This document shows, in pieces, positions 63,130-64,000 of a stretch of 64,000 nt of DNA (positions within the stretch are counted from its first letter, which is position 1; the number at the start of each line of letters is the position of its first letter). The translations under genes and the position numbers were made by a program. A model generated the notes under the pieces. That model was not told the origin of the DNA, made no database searches, and was given only the letters and a program-made list of their open reading frames with translations. This DNA comes from Octopus vulgaris (taxonomy: Eukaryota), in the NCBI GenBank assembly GCA_951406725.2, contig OX597814.1, positions 46,004,001 to 46,068,000 on the forward strand. The letters are read 5' to 3'.

Positions 63130-64000
<871 letters not shown>

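Overview
Eukaryotic, repeat-saturated intergenic DNA with no host genes. The SINE families and the extreme (TA)n load suggest an octopus genome (inference). Roughly a third of the window is degenerate (TA)n/(TATATG)n microsatellite, and a nest of retroelements has inserted into it. These are: (i) three related CR1-group APE+RT LINE families, called A, B and C here, with about 12 copies or fragments, each family with its own tandem 3' tail, and one A copy with an intact ORF2; (ii) three Penelope-like element (PLE) families with GIY-YIG endonuclease and hammerhead ribozyme (HHR) motifs, one flanked by a ~1.95 kb inverted repeat; (iii) a non-coding 363-bp tandem HHR repeat that looks like a retrozyme and is fused to a truncated PLE; (iv) several tRNA-derived SINEs. 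The first 6.7 kb holds old R4/Dong and CR1 relics and a Tigger-like MITE. The top observation is that all three LINE families carry a slippery heptamer (U UUU UUG / A AAU UUU / U UUU UUA) at the homologous ORF1 position, with ORF2 open in the -1 frame. Families B and C have no ATG ahead of the endonuclease. This points to retrovirus-style programmed -1 ribosomal frameshifting in non-LTR retrotransposons whose ORF1 carries a CCCH finger (seen in A and B). The long IYIY/MYIY ORFs are microsatellite artefacts.
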